From Macrostomum lignano (Eukaryota), in the NCBI GenBank assembly GCA_002269645.1, contig NIVC01002860.1, positions 62,001 to 126,000 of the forward strand: a stretch of DNA of 64,000 nt. The letters are read 5' to 3'. Shown here one piece after another: positions 59,801 to 64,000 of this stretch. The position numbers and the translations under genes are program-made. A model generated the notes under the pieces. The model worked only from the letters and a program-made list of their open reading frames with translations, searched no databases and was not told the origin of the DNA. Position 1 is the first letter of the stretch. Each line of letters opens with the position of its first letter.

Positions 59801-62571
59801 CGTCAGCATGGGGTCAGTGTTGGTGTCAGCATGGGGTGAGTGTTGGCGTCAGCATGGGGTCAGTGTTGGTGTCAGCATGGGGTCAGTGTTGGCGTCAGCA
59901 TGGGGTCAGTGTTGGTGTCAGCATGGGGTCAGTGTTGGCGTCAGCATGGGGTCAGTGTTGGCGTCAGCATGGGGTCAGTGTTGGCGTCAGCATGGGGTCA
60001 GTGTTGGTGTCAGCATGGGGTCAGTGTTGGCGTCAGCATGGGGTCAGTGTTGGCGTCAGCATGGGGTCAGTGTTGGCGTCAGCATGGGGTCAGTTTTGGC
60101 GTCAGCATGGGGTCAGTGTTGGTGTCAGCATGGGGTCAGTGTTGGCGTCAGCATGGGGTCAGTGTTGGCGTCAGCATGGGGTCAGTGTTGGTGTCAGCAT
60201 GGGGTCAGTGTTGGCGTCAGCATGGGGTCAGTGTTGGCGTCAGCATGGGGTCAGTGTTGGTGTCAGCATGGGGTCAGTGTTGGTGTCAGCATGGGGTCAG
60301 TGTTGATGTCAGCATGGGGTCAGTGTTGGTGTCAGCATGGGGTCAGTGTTGGCGTCAGCATGGGGTCAGTGTTGGTGTCAGCATGGGGTGAGTGTTGGTG
60401 TCAGCATGGGGTCAGTGTTGGTGTCAGCATGGGGTCAGTGTTAACGTCAGCATGGGGTCAGTGTTGGTGTCAGCATGGGGTCAGTGTTGGTGTCAGCATG
60501 GGGTCAGTGTTGGTGTCAGCATGGGGTCAGTGTTGGAGTCAGCATGGGGTCAGTGTTGGTGTCAGCATAGGGTCAGTGTTGGTGTCAGCATGGGGTCAGT
60601 GTTGGTGTCAGCATAGGGTCAGTGTTGGCGTCAGCATGGGGTCAGTGTTGGTGTCAGCATGGGGTCAGTGTTGGTGTCAGCATGGGGTCAGTGTTGATGT
60701 CAGCATGGGGTCAGTGTTGGTGTCAGCATGGGGTCAGTGTTGGCGTCAGCATGGGGTCAGTGTTGATGTCAGCATGGGGTCAGTGTTGGTGTCAGCATGG
60801 GGTCAGTGTTGGTGTCAGCATGGGGTCAGTGTTAACGTCAGCATGGGGTCAGTGTTGGTGTCAGCATGGGGTCAGTGTTGGTGTCAGCATAGGGTCAGTG
60901 TTGGTGTCAGCATGGGGTCAGTGTTGGTGTCAGCATGGGGTCAGTGTTGGTGTCAGCATGGGGTCAGTGTTGGTGTCAGCATGGGGTCATTGCGGATTCA
61001 GAATAGGGTGTGGGCATACGGGGTCAGCATGGGGTGTAGGATCACATGGGGTCATTGTGGTGGAATCAGAATGGGTCGTGGGGTCACGTGGGGTCAGTGC
61101 GGGGTCAGCATGGGGTGTGGGGTCACATGGGGTCAGTGCGGGGTCAGCATGGCTTGTGGGGTCACACGGGTCAGTGTCCTGAGTCACTGAGCAGTCCACA
61201 ATCGATGAAAAGCAGTCGCACCGTGTGAATGAAGCTCTCAACCCGGGTCTGCAGGCCGAACCACTTGAACTCGCAGGTGACGAGCTTGTAGGCGCACATG
61301 ACCGGCCCATTGTAGTTCTGCCACCAGGGATTGTTCACCAGCGGCCCGCGGTCGGTCTTCTCCGACTTGAACAGCTTGGGGTCGAACTCGCGCTTGTAGT
61401 CAGAGTTGGAGTACAGCTTGTCGTTGGCGATGTCGATGTACACAACCTCCCGCTTGCTGAGCAGATCTGGCGGCAGCTGGTGCACATTCTGCTGCGTGCC
61501 AGCGTCCTGCACGTGCATGGACTCGATCTTGATGAAGAAGTTCTCCTTCATGTAGCCGGGGTTCTCCACCACAGTGCGGCAGTAGGGGTAGGCGTTCCAG
61601 GCCGTCTCCGTCATCTCCAGCGAGCCCGACGGCGCCAGCAGGCGGATGAACTTCGGCACCTTGCTGGAGAGGTTGAGGGCCGGGTCCAATAGTAGCAGAT
61701 GGAGAGGCTTATGGGTAGGATGCAATTCAAATGGGTGCGTGGCGATTAGGGGCAGAAGTTCTCTCTGGCTGGAGGGGCCATTTAGGAGCAATTCTAAAAG
61801 GGAATTTAGGGCGATTCTCGAAGGAAATTTAGGGCGATTCTAAAAGGAAATTTAGAGGCGATCTAGAAGGGAATTTGGGGGCGATTCTAGAAGGGAATTT
61901 AGGGGCGATTCTAGAAGGGAATTTAGGGGCGATTCTAGAAGGGAATTTAGGGACGATTCTAGAAGGGAATTTAGGGCGATTTTAGAAGGGAATTTAGGGC
62001 GATTCTAGAAGGGAATTTAAGGACGATTCTAGGAGGGAATTTAGGGGCGATTCTAGAAGGGAATTTAGGGCGATTCTAGAAGGGAATTTAGGGGCGATTC
62101 TAGAAGGGAATTTAGGGGCGATTCTAGAAGGGAATTTAGGGGCGATTCTAGAAAGAAATTTAGGGCGATTTTAGAAGGGAATTTAGGGGCGACTCTAAAA
62201 GGAAATTTAGGGGCGATTTTAGAAGGGAATTTAGAAACGATTCTAGAGGGGAATTTTGAGAATTTTAAAAAAGGAATTTAGGGGCAATTCTAGAAGGGAA
62301 TTTAGGGGCGATTATAGAGGATCTAGAAGGGAGATATGGAGATATGTCCACGCACTTCTGCAGCTTGTAGATCTTGTACGTGTACTGCCCATTCGCTCGG
62401 TTGCCTAGCAGAGGCGTCTTAGGCGGCCACTTGTTGGCCTTGACATCGAAAGGCTCGTTGTGCACCACCATGATGCCCTCGCCGCCGCCAGTCTCCTGCT
62501 TGGATGCTTCGGCAACAGAAAAGAGCTGAGCGCAGTGGTACTCCTCCACTGTCATTGGCAGGATAACTCGG
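56670..62571 (-). CDS. PITPN: Class I phosphatidylinositol transfer protein (PITP alpha/beta, vibrator-like), 5'-partial, 3 exons in window
   Basis: [55 protein letters not shown] and [12 protein letters not shown] are PITP signature segments; GT-AG introns with matching phases. Confidence 0.95.
56860..60990. repeat. 23-bp minisatellite GTCAGCATGGGGTCAGTGTTGGT, ~180 copies, filling a PITP intron
   Basis: 23-aa periodicity in the ORF track; degenerate continuation to ~61170. Confidence 0.98.
61222..61663 (-). CDS. PITPN: PITP internal exon
   Basis: (N)[30 protein letters not shown]...RVESFIHT; acceptor CTCCAG|, donor ACG|GTGCGA. Confidence 0.95.
61790..62330. repeat. 23/24-bp minisatellite GGCGATTCTAGAAGGGAATTTAGG filling a PITP intron
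   Basis: Direct reading. Confidence 0.95.
62356..62571 (-). CDS. PITPN: PITP internal exon (second coding exon)
   Basis: Minus-strand acceptor TTTTTGTCTAG|C CGA GTT ATC; [32 protein letters not shown]...[11 protein letters not shown]; donor AA|GTGCGT (phase 2). Confidence 0.93.
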
Positions 62572-64000
62572 CTAGACAAAAAAGTAAAAAAAAATTGGCA
62601 AATAAGGTCAAGGCAAAAGTCAATGAGAAATCTGAGAACTAAGCCAGTTGGTCAAAAGGATTTTGTGCACTATCTACTGATTAGGACTGTTTTATAAGAC
62701 ACCTTTTTTAGTCATTGAAGTCCAAATCCATTATCTCTACAAACATATAGTATAGATGTAGTCAGAAAATGACTTTTAATAAAAATTTGACTATTATGAA
62801 TTCAAATATAAACACTAAAAGATATTTTATAAACTAAAAATATTTTACATTGCACAAATGTTTAGAAGTGTACAATGTTGAATAAATTTGTTAGAATAAG
62901 AGTTCTGCTATAGCTATAGATCTATGGCTATAAGAATTTTTAGATACTGATATTTTTAGACAAAACATATAGATATAGATATGGTTATAGGAATATATAC
63001 CTCCTATATCTATTTGACATTCAATAAAAGAGAATTAAAAGACTCAAAGGACCATTGGAACCCTTGATTTTTTAGGAAGGGTAGAGAATAGAAATGAATG
63101 AATGTTGCTAATTTTAAAGCTTTTGTAAAAAGAGGACTTCACATCTCAACAAAGATTTTAACAAAGGATAATACATGATTGTAATCCTAGCTATTCTTAA
63201 TAAATTAATTAGACCAATTTATAAATGATAAGTTAAATTATTTTTATCATTTTAACTTTATCATTATATTACAATAAATGATAGAAAAATTTGCTTATGT
63301 TTATATTTATAATATGAATATGATAATATAAATATATCTAACAAGTCTAGTTTAAATAGATAGATTTTTTCTATGCAATCACATCATATAAGAATTTCTT
63401 GAAATCATACCAGAGCAGATGTTATCTACAAAAAAGGGATATATTTATATCTGGAAAACAATTTTGAAATATAGCTTTGTTTTATATAAATGAAAATATA
63501 GTTTATAGATATTTTGTCTGTTATATTTAAACATCTAGTCATAGAAAGGATCTAACTAAAATTAATAAAATGGCTAAATGAATCTAAAGTTAAAACAATT
63601 ATAAATAATATTCGATATAATGTTTAATATATCTTAGTATAAATATGGCAGTTGGTATTGTTACAGTGACTATATAATTATAAATATTAAATCGCAAAAA
63701 GATTACCTAAAATAAGCTAGGTTAAGTCAATGACAAGAGCCACTAGAAGCCTTATAATCAATATATAACAGTAGGAATGCCAATCCATTTTTCTGCCTGT
63801 CAAACTACCAAGAGGGGGGGGGAATTTACCCCTCCCTGACAATTTTTTTGCTGCACCAGAATGGAGCAACACAGCCACACAAAATTTAGGAACACAAGCT
63901 AAATTTTTGTTGTGCACCTTCTCAAACAAAAATCAAGTCGCCAGCCTTCTGGACCATTGAGATATTTGATGATTCTGCCAGAAGGTCAGATTTTTCCAAT

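Noticed and set aside
58338-61190. 950-aa + strand ORF and overlapping ORFs
   Set aside because: Translation of the stop-free 23-bp array inside a PITP intron; no coding features.
63730-63930. Possible DNA transposon terminus (ACTACCAAGAGGGGGGGG...)
   Set aside because: No matching second terminus or target-site duplication within the window.

Overview
Eukaryotic (animal) genomic DNA with two convergent, spliced protein-coding genes in a landscape dominated by microsatellites and minisatellites. (1) An alpha-neurexin on the + strand. I reconstructed 16 coding exons between 5449 and 54612; all intron phases match. The architecture is signal peptide-LNS1-EGF-LNS2-LNS3-EGF-LNS4-LNS5-EGF-LNS6-Cys loop-TM-4.1 motif-KEWYV, about 1586 aa once two single-base deletions in exon 1 are corrected. 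(2) A class I phosphatidylinositol transfer protein on the - strand, with three exons between 62571 and 56670; its short first coding exon was not found in the window. GC3-rich exons and introns filled with private tandem repeats resemble the flatworm Macrostomum, but that assignment is inference. Most long ORFs in the supplied track are repeat artefacts. Main leads: a second signal-peptide first exon inside neurexin intron 1 (19010-19085) predicting an isoform that starts at LNS2; an SS2-position microexon with two in-frame donors; a poly-Arg loop in LNS6; minisatellites that copy splice donors or branch points; inverted-complementary arrays bracketing exons 2-3; and arrays of PBX-MEIS, E-box, GATA and AP-1 motifs. 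All coordinates were read by eye; array boundaries and copy numbers are approximate.
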